Positions 47,501 through 59,700 of a stretch of DNA of 64,000 bases are shown piece by piece; the stretch's first letter is position 1, and each line of letters starts with the position of its first letter. The notes beneath the pieces were generated by a model. It made no database searches, had not been told where the DNA came from, and saw only the letters and a program-made list of their open reading frames with translations. Where the stretch lies: contig JAPEUI010000015.1 in the NCBI GenBank assembly GCA_026025075.1, forward strand, positions 1 through 64,000, in the 5' to 3' direction. This DNA is from Vezdaea acicularis. Lineage: Eukaryota. A program made the position numbers and the translations under genes.

Positions 47501-48203
47501 TCTCCCTGATCTTGACGTTCGTAACCTCGCAGATCTGGTAGTTTTCCCTAACAACTAATCCATCTTTATAGCAGACCCCGCCCGCCTTATCAGGCATCAT
47601 AGCATCACAAGCTTTATTGTCTTTGCAGACTATTGCACTACAGCTTAGCCCTTTCTTCTGAATGTTCATAATGTAGTCTCACCATTGCAGTTGATGCCCT
47701 TCCATCCCTCTGTGCAGCCGCAGTACTTCTCGGTTCGTGGTAGACGCTGCTCGCCATCGGCAAGGGATCCGCAAACTAGATTCCATTGATCAGCTCGGCC
47801 CGACCAAGACATCTAGTATCAAGCAGTCTATTACATACCTGGATCTGCGCAGTCTCCTCCACCAAATCCGGGTGGACAAGCACACTTGCCATTGTACTTA
47901 TTACAGTCGGCGAACTGAGTGCATTCGTAGCTAGGTAGGAGGCAATTAAAGCTTCATGAAGACAGATATCAGCTATCAATTCAATCAAAGGATCGCAGAG
48001 AACCTTGGGTGCGCTGCAATATTTGAAAAACAAGGTAGCAAATAGGGCAACTCATACCAAGGTGGACAACCTTTCGGGCGATCTTCTGCTATTGACAGCC
48101 CAACCTGCAGGAGATCTATGCTAGATGTGTTTTGGATCGCAGAGATTGGCCATGATAATAGCAACCATGTGGCAGCCGGTATTATGGGGTTTGATCGACG
48201 CAT
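44595..48203 (-). CDS. ADP1: ABCG half transporter with EGF-like luminal N-terminus (Adp1-like), multi-exon
   Basis: Signal peptide, [29 protein letters not shown], Walker [35 protein letters not shown], ends HFLLVEKR. Confidence 0.93.
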
Positions 48204-48913
48204 TTGGGCAAGCAGGGTCGATCGCATATGCGGAAAATAGCTACCAATGGATAAGATGGAGATAGCGAGGAGCGTTCCGGAGCGTATATGGCGCAGCGCT
48301 TGAGGAACGATATATGAAACACCCCGATGACCTACGGCAACCCTACAAAGCCTACGAGCATGGCCGAAATCGAAAAGAAGTCGAGAGGAGCAATGAGTCC
48401 GAAGAAAATGCCATACGTAAGAGACGAAGGCGATGATGAGAGTCGTGTCGTTTAGCGCAGGCTCCATGAACCGACGTCCTTCAAGGGACGAATGGCCTCG
48501 GGAGGCTCAAGCCAATCATGCTTGGCCTCGCTTCGGTTCTCCCCGCCATCGCTCATTCGTACAGAGCCGAGGCCGAAACGTTCATGGGCCATGCCATCCC
48601 GAGCATGTCGACCCAGTGAATCATCTTTCTCGACAGAAGAAGGACCTAGACTAAGAGGTGCCGCGTATACTGGAAAGATATTCATCTCTCTTAGGCTCAT
48701 GTCCCTTGCAGACCTTGAATTCCTGGTCGAAAGTGGCGGTATGCAGGGCGAGTCAAGCCTGGTGACTCAACTGGACGAACGCAACCATGGCGCCCTGTTC
48801 TTGACGAGATAATGCATACCCTTCAGCTAGGCAATGAATTGATTATAAGATACACTCTCATTTCCCACAATTTATAAGACAGGAAGGAGCACCTGCCCAA
48901 GCCGTCCGCAAAG

Positions 48914-50220
48914 ATGGCACCTCCAATTCCTCCTTTCGCAGTCGAACAGGTGAGCATTGCCAGTGCTCCTCGATTCGTGCAGCTCACCACTATGATTCAG
49001 TGGTTCGACGCCTTTGAGCATCTGGCCAAATACAACATCGCTGAGACATGCACTGCTCCCCTCTCAATCGATGAGCTAAGAGCTCTTTCTGACGACAAGT
49101 CTGTAGAGCCAATTTCCCTATCACTAAAGCTAGATTATGGGGTCATGCGTGGGTCTGCAAGGCTGCGGGAGAGCCTTTCGAGACTTTATTCCACCAAGAC
49201 GCCTTCACCCCTTCCAGCAGAAAACATTCTGATAACTCCCGGGGCCATTCAAGCCAATTTCGAAGTGTTCTTCGCTCTCGTCGGTACAGGCGATCATATC
49301 GTCTGTGCATATCCAACCTACCAGCAGCTGTATACTGTACCCGAAAGCTTTGGGGCAGAAGTCAGTTTGTGGAACTTACAGGAAAATGAACAATTCATTC
49401 CCAACGTTGACCGATTGAGAGAGCTGATTAAATCGAATACCAAGCTCATCGTTTTAACGTTTGTTGATCCCTTGGGCTATCCCTCCCTTAGCTGCCATCG
49501 AATTGAGCTGATGTTCAAAGTAACCCGAACAATCCTACAGGTGCTATCATTCCCAAATCAGTCTTAAAGGAGATCATTACTATTGCAGAAGAGCATGACA
49601 TTGTGATAGTCTCGGATGAGGTTTACCGCCCCCTTTTCCATTCTATATCGCCGATGGATCCGGAGTTTCCACCTTCCATCTTATCCATGGGTTACCCGAA
49701 AGTCATTGCAACGGGCTCCTTGTCCAAAGCATTTGCACTTCCCGGCATCCGTGTTGGCTGGATAGCCTCGCGAGATATGTCACTGATTGAAGCGTGTGCT
49801 AAGGTCAGAGACTACACAACAATCTCGGTTTCTCAGCTCGACGATCAGATCGCTTCCTATGCCATGTCGCCAGAGGTCATCCATAACCTTCTCGCGCGCA
49901 ACATCGCTCTTGCAAAGAAAAACCTCGAAATTCTCGAGAATTTCGTCAAAGACCACGGGTACGCTTGTTCCTGGGTAAAGCCCGTGGCGGGAAGTACGGC
50001 GTTTATCAAATTCAAGCAAAGGGGGGGTGTTCTGGTTGACGATGAGTCATTCTGCAGGGACGTACTAGAAAAGATAGGGGTTATGCTTTGTCCGGGGAGC
50101 CTGTGTTTTGGGAGAGATGATGACTTCAAGGGTTATGTTCGGATTGGATTTGTGTGCGAGACGGAAGTATTAACTGTGGCGTTGGCGCAACTGGGTGAAT
50201 ACATTCAGAGCACCTTTTGA
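48914..50220 (+). CDS. PLP-dependent class I/II aminotransferase-fold enzyme, 3 exons
   Basis: PFAVEQ|WFD, NIAETC, ITPGAIQANF, YPTYQQLY, NPNNPTG, SDEVYRPL, SLSKAFALPGIRVGW (PLP Lys), GYVRIGF. Confidence 0.9.
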
Positions 50221-50775
50221 AGGAGGCTTGGACGACGTGCTTGCGCACTTTCGCCAGCAAGCGAGGCGTTCATTCAACATCTCGATGCGTTTCGCGCCGT
50301 TGCTGCAGAATAATTTGTTGTTGAAGAAAATTTATTTCTTACAATTTAAAGTTTATTTTCTTTTGAAATTTTTTGGTAATATTCCGACGTAGATGGCGGG
50401 CATTCCGAGTGCGTTCAGATGCTCTTATCGAGAAACGTTTAGACGTTAATAAACCAGTCCCATGTCCGACGAAGATCGCATCATCCTGTCTAGTGTTTGT
50501 CTGATTCGAATGTCACTTGTGGGGACTCTGTCTGATAAGTCCATGCAAAGCGTGGATTATAATGTGATAAAGACTAGCTTCTTGAATAGAGTTCACATTT
50601 GAAATACGATTCCAAAGTTTGGTTGCTTATCCAAGAACCGTCCCATTGAGTGTCTGCGTGGATCGAGGATGGCTCACAACCATCCTCAATTAACAACCTT
50701 GCTCCCAAAGAGGCAAAAAGACCTACCTTGACATGCAGAGATTCTAGATGTGATCGGCGGGCAAAAAGGATGATC

Positions 50776-50780
50776 AAAAA
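50776..50780 (-). terminator. RNA polymerase III oligo-T terminator of the 5S gene
   Basis: TTTTT at the 5S 3' end, with a second T run about 10 nt further downstream. Confidence 0.8.
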
Positions 50781-50898
50781 CATTCAACAACTGGGATTCG
50801 CTGGTGGTCACCCACCCAACTACTAATCAGTCGGTTATTGGCTTATGTATGGCAGAGCGGACGGGATGCCCAGTATTCCAATACCTATGGTCGAATGT
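50780..50898 (-). rRNA. 5S ribosomal RNA (dispersed copy)
   Basis: Reverse complement ACATTCGACCATAGGTATTGGAATACTGGGCATCCCGTCCGCTCTGCC...TTAGTAGTTGGGTGGGTGACCACCAGCGAATCCCAGTTGTTGAATGT; 119 nt; paired ends; oligo-T at the 3' end. Confidence 0.96.
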
Positions 50899-52632
50899 AA
50901 TGATTGAATAATCAAGACAGAATATAAAGGCCAAATATCTTGCTCAATTGCTCCGCAATAGTCCAGTATTCCGACAAATGGCCCGAAGTTTAAAGCCAAA
51001 ACGATCAAGCGGAAGACGCATCGCTAGGGATTTCACTAGCTGCCATCACGGTATCCGACATGCAGGTGCTTCTACTTGTGATTGCAGGAATGCCGCGCAA
51101 CGCTTCCACGCTTCAACCATGGTCCCTTCGTTCCAGCGTTTGATTCGAGGACTTTTTTCCACTTTCGAGCATTCCCCTCGGGGCGCACGCTCTCGTTACC
51201 CTACGGCCTTGATTGGCGGAGAAACGGGATCAAGTGAGACTTTGACAGACCCAGGATGGGATTGGGCGCATGGGAAACAGGGTTCTGAATGGATCGCCTT
51301 CAAGTCATACAATCGAGGACAAACCTCGCCATCGCGCTTCCACGAGGGTTCCTTGAACTCGATTGATCGTTCAGTGGTGGAGCGTTCGCTGGGCATTCAA
51401 TGGCATGTCACGGATGCGCGCTTCACAAGCCGGTCAGGATCATCACGCATTGGCCAGACCACCGGTGTGACTATTGCGGCTTCATTGGAACAGACGACCG
51501 CTCTCTAATGCGACTCTGCACCGCGCGCAGCGTGTCGGATGCAAAGGTCAAGCCGGAGCTGCAGGAAAGCTGTTGGAGGTGATAAGGTGACTGACGCGTC
51601 ATGAAGCCGTATACATCCATACTCTAACGCCCTTGCGGCTGGATGAAGGCTCCACGACTGACAGGAAGATAGTGGACGGCCACAGCGCCTGAAGGTGGAT
51701 CTCGATGTGTTCCACAGCCTCTCCTAAAGTCCGTTCGTGGCTGAAAGAGCGCAGTGTCCGTGGGCGAGGGCAGTTATCGATTGAGATGCGCGTGCCTGCA
51801 CCGATCCCGCAAGGAGCAGCGCCGTGTCGCATTGGCCCTGCACCCAGAGGAACCGTCCCATGCCCGCGCGCTGATAATGTCTTGACGTCGAACCCGCTCG
51901 GGCGATATGACCGCAACCGTTGGAGCCGGGGTCTGGAGCTGCGAGCTCTGCTGACTTCGGGCCTCAGGGCACGTCGTTGTCCTTGCTATCGAGCGATCCT
52001 GCTGAGAAAACAGAATTTGCTTCTTGCTGGCTGCTTGACTTGATGCGTTTGATGCCCTAGCGTGAAGCAGAAGTATCCGCGAGCCTCCTCCCACTTGCTA
52101 ATGTCTGGCTTTGCCTTGCCCTACTACGCCCTTGTAATAGCAGCCGTGCCATAGTAACAAGTGCTACTAACCGGCCGCTACAGAGAAAAGCCCAAACACT
52201 ACGAGCTTGAGTCTCAACGCATCAGGCTTCACAAGCGTGGGCTCGAGAATTCCAGGTCTCAATACGACCCTTTGTGTGCGCGAGCTGAGAGAGTTTCGAG
52301 AGTCTTACGATCCGCTGGATGCCAACCTCCCGCACCTGCACTCCACCGCGTTCGCGCTCTCACACCGCCCGCTCCACCGTGCCCGCTTAAATCTCCCGCC
52401 TACCGCATCGCTTGTGCTTCAGCACCACTCTCCGCAATCAACTGTTTACTCCCTGCAATTCATCGACACCCTCCGCAATCTCATTCACACTTGCACATAT
52501 ATTGGGAAGAGCCCAATCTACCTCGAAGCTTCCTCCATCACCTTCGCGCTTCGATTAGATCTGCCGGCAAGACCGCCGCATTGATAGAGACCCTACTGGC
52601 CCTTCACGAGCCCGCCCCCCCCGGCTGCCGCA

Positions 52633-55099
52633 ATGGTGAAGCCAACCACCTATTGCATAAATTGGCACAATGAGAATGCTCCGATCTATTCGGCTCACTT
52701 CGAACCCCATGGAAAGGGCAGATTAGCTACCGCCGGTGGTGACAACAATGTTCGGGTAAGCTCATACGGCCCTTGGTCTTTAGCAGGGGTTCGCCGGCTG
52801 ACAGTTCTCGTCCAGCTATGGAAGGTCGAATCTACGGGCGAGGACCGCAAGATCAGCTACCTTACAACCCTCATAAAGCATACGCAATCCGTCAATGTTG
52901 TCCGATTCGCTCCTCGTGGTACGTGCCGACTCGTGGGAGAGATGCAACGCTGGATGGCGGCTAACTCGCCTTAGGGGAGATGCTGGCTTCGGCTGGTGAT
53001 GATGGGAACGTCCTCCTCTGGGTACCTTCGGAATCTCACCATCCGGCGCCATCTTTTGGCGACGACAGCATGGAAGACAAAGAGACTTGGAGGGTGAAGC
53101 ATATGTGCCGCTCGTTCGGATCGGAGATCTATGACTTGGCGTGGTCTCCAGACGGTGTCTTCTTCATCACCGGCAGTATGGATAACGTAGCTCGGATATA
53201 CAATGCACAAACCGGTAGGTACTGGGTTGAGATTCAAGAGAATATCTAGCTGAGTTCTTCAAAGGCCAGACAGTACGACAGATTGCAGAGCACAACCATT
53301 ACGTCCAGGGCGTAGCCTGGGATCCGCTCAACGAGTTTGTCGCAACTCAGTCGTCAGATCGATCGGTACATATCTATACCCTGAAGACAAAGGATGGACA
53401 GTTCACGCTTGCGCAACATGGGAAATTCTCCAAGATGGACCTCCCAGCGAGGCGGATATCTTCAAATAGTCCTGCTCCACCGGAATTAGGATCTCGGCCA
53501 ACATTCGGAGACTCATCATCGCTCGCAATCGCCTCCCCTGCTCCCTCTGCTCCTGGAACTCCGACATCTCTATCGTTACCAATGAACCCACCTGCAATCG
53601 CCCACAGCAGACGGTCATCGTTCAGCTCGTCGCCGTCAATACGGAGATCTGCCTCTCCAGCCCCTTCGCTTCCGCTGCCTGCTGTCAAGCCCATGGATGC
53701 ATCTCCAAAGCCTCACTATGGCCCCGGCGTACGAAACGCAAACATTTACGCCAACGAGACCTTCACATCGTTCTTCCGAAGATTATCCTTCACTCCGGAC
53801 GGGAGCCTTCTCTTCACGCCCGCCGGGCAGTACAAGACGTCCCATCCCTCATCACTCGACGTGGCCAAGGCTACTGACGATGTCATCAATACTGTATACA
53901 TCTACACCCGTGCAGGCTTCAACAAGCCGCCAATAGCGCATCTTCCAGGTCACAAGAAGCCCTCTTTGGCGGTGAAGTGTTCACCAGTCTACTACACTCA
54001 CCGCAAAGTCCCTCAAGCTACTAAAACCTTCACGGTCGACACCTCGTCTGCAGATGATTCTATTCCCTCCCTACCCGAACCAGCGGTCTCTCCAATCCCT
54101 TCTCACAGCTCCGTAATGGACCCTCCACCAATTATCCCAAATGGCCCAGCACCGACAAGCGATCCTTCCGCGCCCATAGCGTCACCAAAGCCCGACCTCG
54201 ACGGCTCCTCCTCCACGTCTGGTCCGCCCATCGCCTTCTCTCTGCCCTACCGGATAGTCTATGCCGTCGCGACGCAAGATGCTGTGCTAGTTTATGACAC
54301 GCAACAGCAACACCCCTTATGCATAGTCTCAAATCTGCACTTCGCGACCTTCACTGACCTGACCTGGTAAGCCCCACTTATCCCCCTCCGTTTTTACCCT
54401 ACTGACACAATACCCACCGCCAGGTCCACAGACGGTCTCACCCTCCTAATGTCATCCTCCGACGGATTCTGCTCAACGCTGACCTTCCTCCCCGGCGAGC
54501 TCGGAACAATTTACCCCTCCACCGTGCCCACCTTCCAGCACCCCTCTACGCTCAATACCTCAGCCTCCTCCGCACACTCCACCCCAACGCCTACGCCCAC
54601 CTCCGCCACCGCGCCCCCCCTACACATCCGCTCAAGCTCCAACCCTCTCGCGCCTAGTCCCTCACCGTCATTCACCACTACTACGCCCGCCACTTCGAGC
54701 GCCGGTGCCGGTGCCGGTGCTGCAATCACGACCCCCGCCCCAAGCATCCGCCCCTCCTCACCAACGCGGACCAACTCAAACAGTTCCATCGCGACCCAAA
54801 TGTCATTCGCACCCACCGGCATCGCCACCCCCGCCGGCTCCGTCGTCTCAAACCCCACCCCCACCATGGGCAGCGTCCCCTCCGTCACCGCATCCGGCAT
54901 GCCCATGCAGACACCCCCGCAGACGCCCTTGCCGGGCCCCGGCGGCAAGGTCGGGACTCTGGCTGTGAAGAGGGAGAGTGAGGGGGAAGCGGAGAGGGAG
55001 AGGAGGGATGCTGCTGGTGCGGGGGATGGCGTTGAAGGCTCCGATGGTCGCAAGAGGAGGAGGGTTGCGCCTACGCTTGTGTTGAAGGATGGGGCCTAG
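52633..55099 (+). CDS. CAC2: Chromatin assembly factor 1 subunit B (p60), multi-exon WD40
   Basis: INWHNENAPIYSAHF, LATAGGDNNVR|LWK, KHTQSVNVVRF, EIYDLAWSPD, EHNHYVQGVAWDP, SFFRRLSFTPDG, NLHFATFTDLTW, C-terminal KRRRVAPT B-domain. Confidence 0.94.
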
Positions 55100-55720
55100 C
55101 CCGTATTATGAGCAGCGAACAGCGGAGAGGAGAAGGGGTGAAGCCAGAGAGATAGGGCGGGGTAATGGTCTGGGTTGGATATGTATGAGACTCTGGCGTT
55201 TATTTTCTGCGGCTGGGGAAAAGCGGTGCGGGCTCCGCCTCACTCGGTGGATGCGTTGGTGGGTGTGTGGCTGGTTGGCATGTCCTTCGGGTCATGGGGG
55301 TTCTTCCCATCTACTTGTATACAAATATGGGGGTCTTGTCTCTGCTGATAGCTGATTAGTCGGGGTGATTAATACGATGGTTACATATATATTATATTAT
55401 ATTACAATCTCCTCTCGATTTCGGGGACTTTGAGGGCTTGTGAGTTGGAAAAGGGGTCGTCGGGATGCTCGTGGATTTTTTCTTTTTGCCAATGCGGTGC
55501 TGGTAGTCACAGATGCTGTTCTGATTCGGGGAAGGGGGGGCGGGTTTCAGGAGATGGATTGATGGATGCGTTAATAGCACCATTGAATGCTACTAACTGC
55601 TAAGCTACAAGTCATTTTCTCGACCATTGCCCAGCTGCCGCCTTTCTACCCATCGCCAAAGCACTTCCCCCACAAAATCCGAGCTCCATGAGTATGTTCC
55701 GTAAGGTGGTGGGTCGAGGT

Positions 55721-56428
55721 TTAGAATTTGCTGAACTGCTTCACCGCCTTCCCCGTCCTCGGCAAGACTCGTAGGACGTTGAACCGGACCTATTGTACAT
55801 GGATTAGCCCGCCAGTTCCCAATTCTCCGTCTCGAGCTTGTCCTCTAGCCTCAGAAGGTAAAAGAGCTTGCGAACTCACCGTCTTGCTCAATGGCCGACA
55901 CTGCCCTACCGTCACGGTATCGCCTTCTTCTACACGGAATGCCGGCGAGACGTGCGCGGCCAGGTTCTTGTGCCGTTTTTCGTATCGGGCGTATTTGGGG
56001 ATGAAGTGTAGGTATTCGCGGCGAATGACGAGCGTGCGATGCATCTTTGTAGACACGACACGCCCAGTGAGGATGCGACCCCGGATGCTGATTTGGCCTG
56101 TGAAGGGGCATTTCTTGTCTATAGTTTGAGGTTAGCGGAGGCCATATGTTATAACATTAAGCGGGCCGGACAATTAGAGAGAGGGGAGAGCTTGGGATAG
56201 AAGGGATGTTCGTGAGGGTTGGTGAATCGAAGTAATGGGTTGCATACCGATATAAGTTCCCTCAATGGCGGTCTTCGGTGTCCTGAATCCCAGCCCAACA
56301 TCCTTGAACCATCTTCGTCCGCCCTTTCCTACACGCTTACTCTTCGTCGATTTGACTTTCGCGTTTTGGAAGATGTGCGGCTGCTTCTGATAGGCGCGCT
56401 CCGACTGCACTGTCAGTTCTGTCGCCAT
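55721..56428 (-). CDS. RPS11: 40S ribosomal protein S11 (uS17), 3 exons
   Basis: [69 protein letters not shown], ends KQFSKF. Confidence 0.97.
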
Positions 56429-56753
56429 GGTTGCGGTTGTGGATGGTAGAAGCTCTATTGTCGCTCGTGAGATTTATTCGGATATTCGACAAAGTGTGGG
56501 CTTCGCTGCCCTAGATCGCTTGGCGCTGAATGGAAAGCCAAGCGAGGGTCATGTGACGGCATTGACGGCGCTAGCGAGCGCTAGCAGGGGTGAACATGGG
56601 AGTAAACAAACAGGTAAAGCTACGCGGTACTTTATCGATGCTTGAAGCTGCAAAGGTTGAACGCGCCGCACGACTTTTGGATTTAAGACCTCTTGTGGAC
56701 TCGGATGAGCTTGGAGGTGAATGACGAGATTTTGATAGCAATATCAAGCGACA

Positions 56754-59700
56754 ATGGCCAGTACGGAGAGGACAGCTCTGCCCCCGCGCCCACGGTCTCG
56801 CAAGTCGATCGCTCATATGCCTTCGCCGGATACAATTGACAAGGAGAATGCGACTACGGATCTCAGCGCACTGAAGAGCAATAGTAAAGATACCAAGGTT
56901 GGAAAAAAGAGCCGGAGCAAGAGCATCGGACCTGGTGGATTGGATGGGCTTGTAGAAGGGTCTGGAAATGGAAGGAGAAAGGTATTGCAGTCAACTTCTT
57001 ATCATATTGAGGTTAGAAATCCTATCAAAATACTAACATACATCTTTTTGATTAGACGGCAGCAGCTGCGGCAACACCACCCGTACGGTCTATCCTCAAA
57101 CCCACGATCCCCCTCTCGCCTTTACGACAGATCCCGGAAAGGAAACCCGCGGGGAAAAATGCAAAGACCGAGTCGCCAAAGAAAGCGCAGAATAGCGGCC
57201 TACCAGGCTTGCTCGACTTCGCCATGATGGCTTTTGGCCCTGGCAAGAATTCAGCAGTCGCCACTGAAGCAGAGGACCTTCCAGGTCCTTTTGAAGGCGG
57301 GGCAACAGGGACAAGAGTCACACTGAGGACCGAAGAAGAGCAGCAAGCCGCTGCTAGAGAGCGGGAAGAGCAAGAGCAGAAGAGCGCTGACAAGGAAAGG
57401 CGTGAGGCGCGGCGAAAGTCTCTTGCGAACCGCCGAGTTTCCTTCGCGCCTGAGGCGACATTACACACTTGGGACGTGGTAGAGTACGTCGGAGACTCGA
57501 CAACGTCTTCTGCGTCTACCAATTCGACCCGTCGTGCTTCGTCCGCTTCAGCACCTTCACCGCATCCCAGCTCTCAACCACAAGTACCTAGTTCAGACGC
57601 ATCTGAACCGCCGTCGACTCCTCCGGATCATGTGGAAGACCCTGTACCGGCGCATTCGCCGGCGCACCAACGCGACCTGCATCAGAAAAAGCGCCGTCGA
57701 CAGAGCTCTGCAATACTTCCTATGAATTCCAACGAGCCAAATACCGAGTTTGGATCTAGTCCACTCGAAGGAAGTTCAATCGCTGGCAGTGACGAGGAAA
57801 CCTTTGTTACCGCAGATGGAGAGGAGAATTCTGATAGCGACGTTGAGCAAGATGAGGAGTCGGTGGTTATCGAGGATGGCGATGATACAATGAACCAGTC
57901 AATGGTGTCAGCGCGATCAACGAGCTCTAGCAATGGGTCAAGCGGTCGATTGGATGAGGCACTAAGGTTAGCAGCTAGACAGGCTGGCACGCAGGGAATA
58001 GACTTTGACGAGAATGGTGATCTCAGCATGGAGCTTGACAACACCGGGTCATTCAAGCCCCACAAAGGACCTGTGCTCAATCCATTGGCGCCAATTCCCG
58101 CTTCACTAGACCAGGAGAACCAGAACCCGTTTTCTCCTGCTTTTAGAGCAGGCACTCGTCCATCTTCTCCAGAGACTAACGCAATTGAAGACGGAGATGT
58201 TGAAATGAGCATGGATATGACGAAGGCTGTAGGAGGCATCCTGCCTGCACACCAATCCCCTCTTGCAAAACATGGGCGACGAAAGTCTGTGGTGCCTAAT
58301 CGGCGCCAAAGCGTGGCTGCTAGACGCCGTTCGTCTGGGGAAGGCTCTTCCATGGGTGATGAGACGATGGAACTTACGATGGCTGTCGGTGGTATCCAGG
58401 ATGAAGGTCCGCAAGATGATCACCTGAGTGCACTCGACGAAGATGAAGAGATGACTATGGAATTAACTTCAGTCATTGGCGGCCTTATCCAGGGCAAGGC
58501 GACAGCAGGAAGAAGCCGTCGTAAGAGTTACGCTCCAAATGATCACCAGATGGCGGACCAGCAGCTATTCAATGAGGTCCAGCGGCGTCAGAGTTTAGAG
58601 TCCGTCGCCAATGACGAGACCATGGATATGACGATGGCTGTTGGCGGTATCATTCCATCCCAGCGAGAGGCATCCATTGACGACGACACTATGGGAATGG
58701 ACATCACTCAGGCAATTGGAGGCATTCTTCCTCCGCAACCAGAGACAAAGAGATCGCAAGCAAAAGCTATGATGGAAGTCGAAGCAGACATTGGGGAGCT
58801 TGCCAGCTCTCCTTTCCACGAGCAACCACTTCCAGGCTCTCCCCCTAAATCCGCGATACCAGCCCATCTTGCAACAGTAACGTCGTCCACAGGGAGTCCT
58901 AGTCTTGCAACACAGATACCTCGCACTTCTGGACGCCGAAGCGTAAGCGCGAGGAAGTCAACTACACCGAGAGCAGCGACTTCGAATGCTGGCACTCCAA
59001 TTAAGAAGCCAACCACGCCGTCTAAGCAGATTACTCCTAAGCCCGCGAGACCGACTACGCCAGGGAAAACGCCCCTACAAAAGAATATAACGTTTCGCTC
59101 TGCGTCTCCAAAAAAGCTGTTCAAGGAGGAATTGAAGCAAGCAGGCCATACTCCTAGATCCGCTACCCCACGCAAGGTCTTCAGTCTTGATGCGAAGACT
59201 GGCCTGTCAACCCCATCTATTGTGCTGACCCCAAAGCCACGACGCTCATCAGGCCTTGGAGTGGACAGAGAAGGACTTGGGTCCCCACGCGTTGCCGCAC
59301 TGCTAGATAGGCGGCGCTCTATTGGAGATGATGCAAGGTCATTCGCCTCAGTGAAGGCTGATGGGAGCCGCGGCATCCGCTTCGAAGATCCACGAGAATT
59401 GGAGCGAGAGCTTGAGAAAGAGCGTGAGGAAGAAGAGCAGCGCGAGAACGGCCGGGCGATTCTTGAAAGGGAAGCTGATTTTCAAGAACCACAAGTCAAG
59501 GATGCAACTCTGAATCTCAAGGAGATGATTGAGAGTCTAACACCGAAGAAGAAGGTTGCTGGGCGCAAAAGCCTGCATGTAGGCGCAGCGAAGGGTCTGC
59601 TTGGCAAGAGACCAGCGGAGCTGGACGGAGATGATGAGGAAGAAAGGGGCAGCGCAAAGAAGTTGCGGCAAGGCAGCCCCGTCAAACCGGTTGCGCTTCG

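Noticed and set aside
41235..50220. Secondary-metabolite cluster (tyrosinase-like, MFS, ABC, aminotransferase)
   Set aside because: No NRPS, PKS or terminal synthase and no cluster regulator; ADP1 and the MFS look like conserved housekeeping types
50950..52630. Telomerase RNA or SRP RNA
   Set aside because: No TAACCCTAA-type template on either strand; the ccgcaaggagcag motif only loosely resembles SRP helix 8 and I saw no Alu motif or Pol III terminator
15982..53264. Several AAG 3' splice sites (hypothetical gene, ADP1, aminotransferase, CAC2)
   Set aside because: AAG is a known minor fungal acceptor; too few cases to claim enrichment
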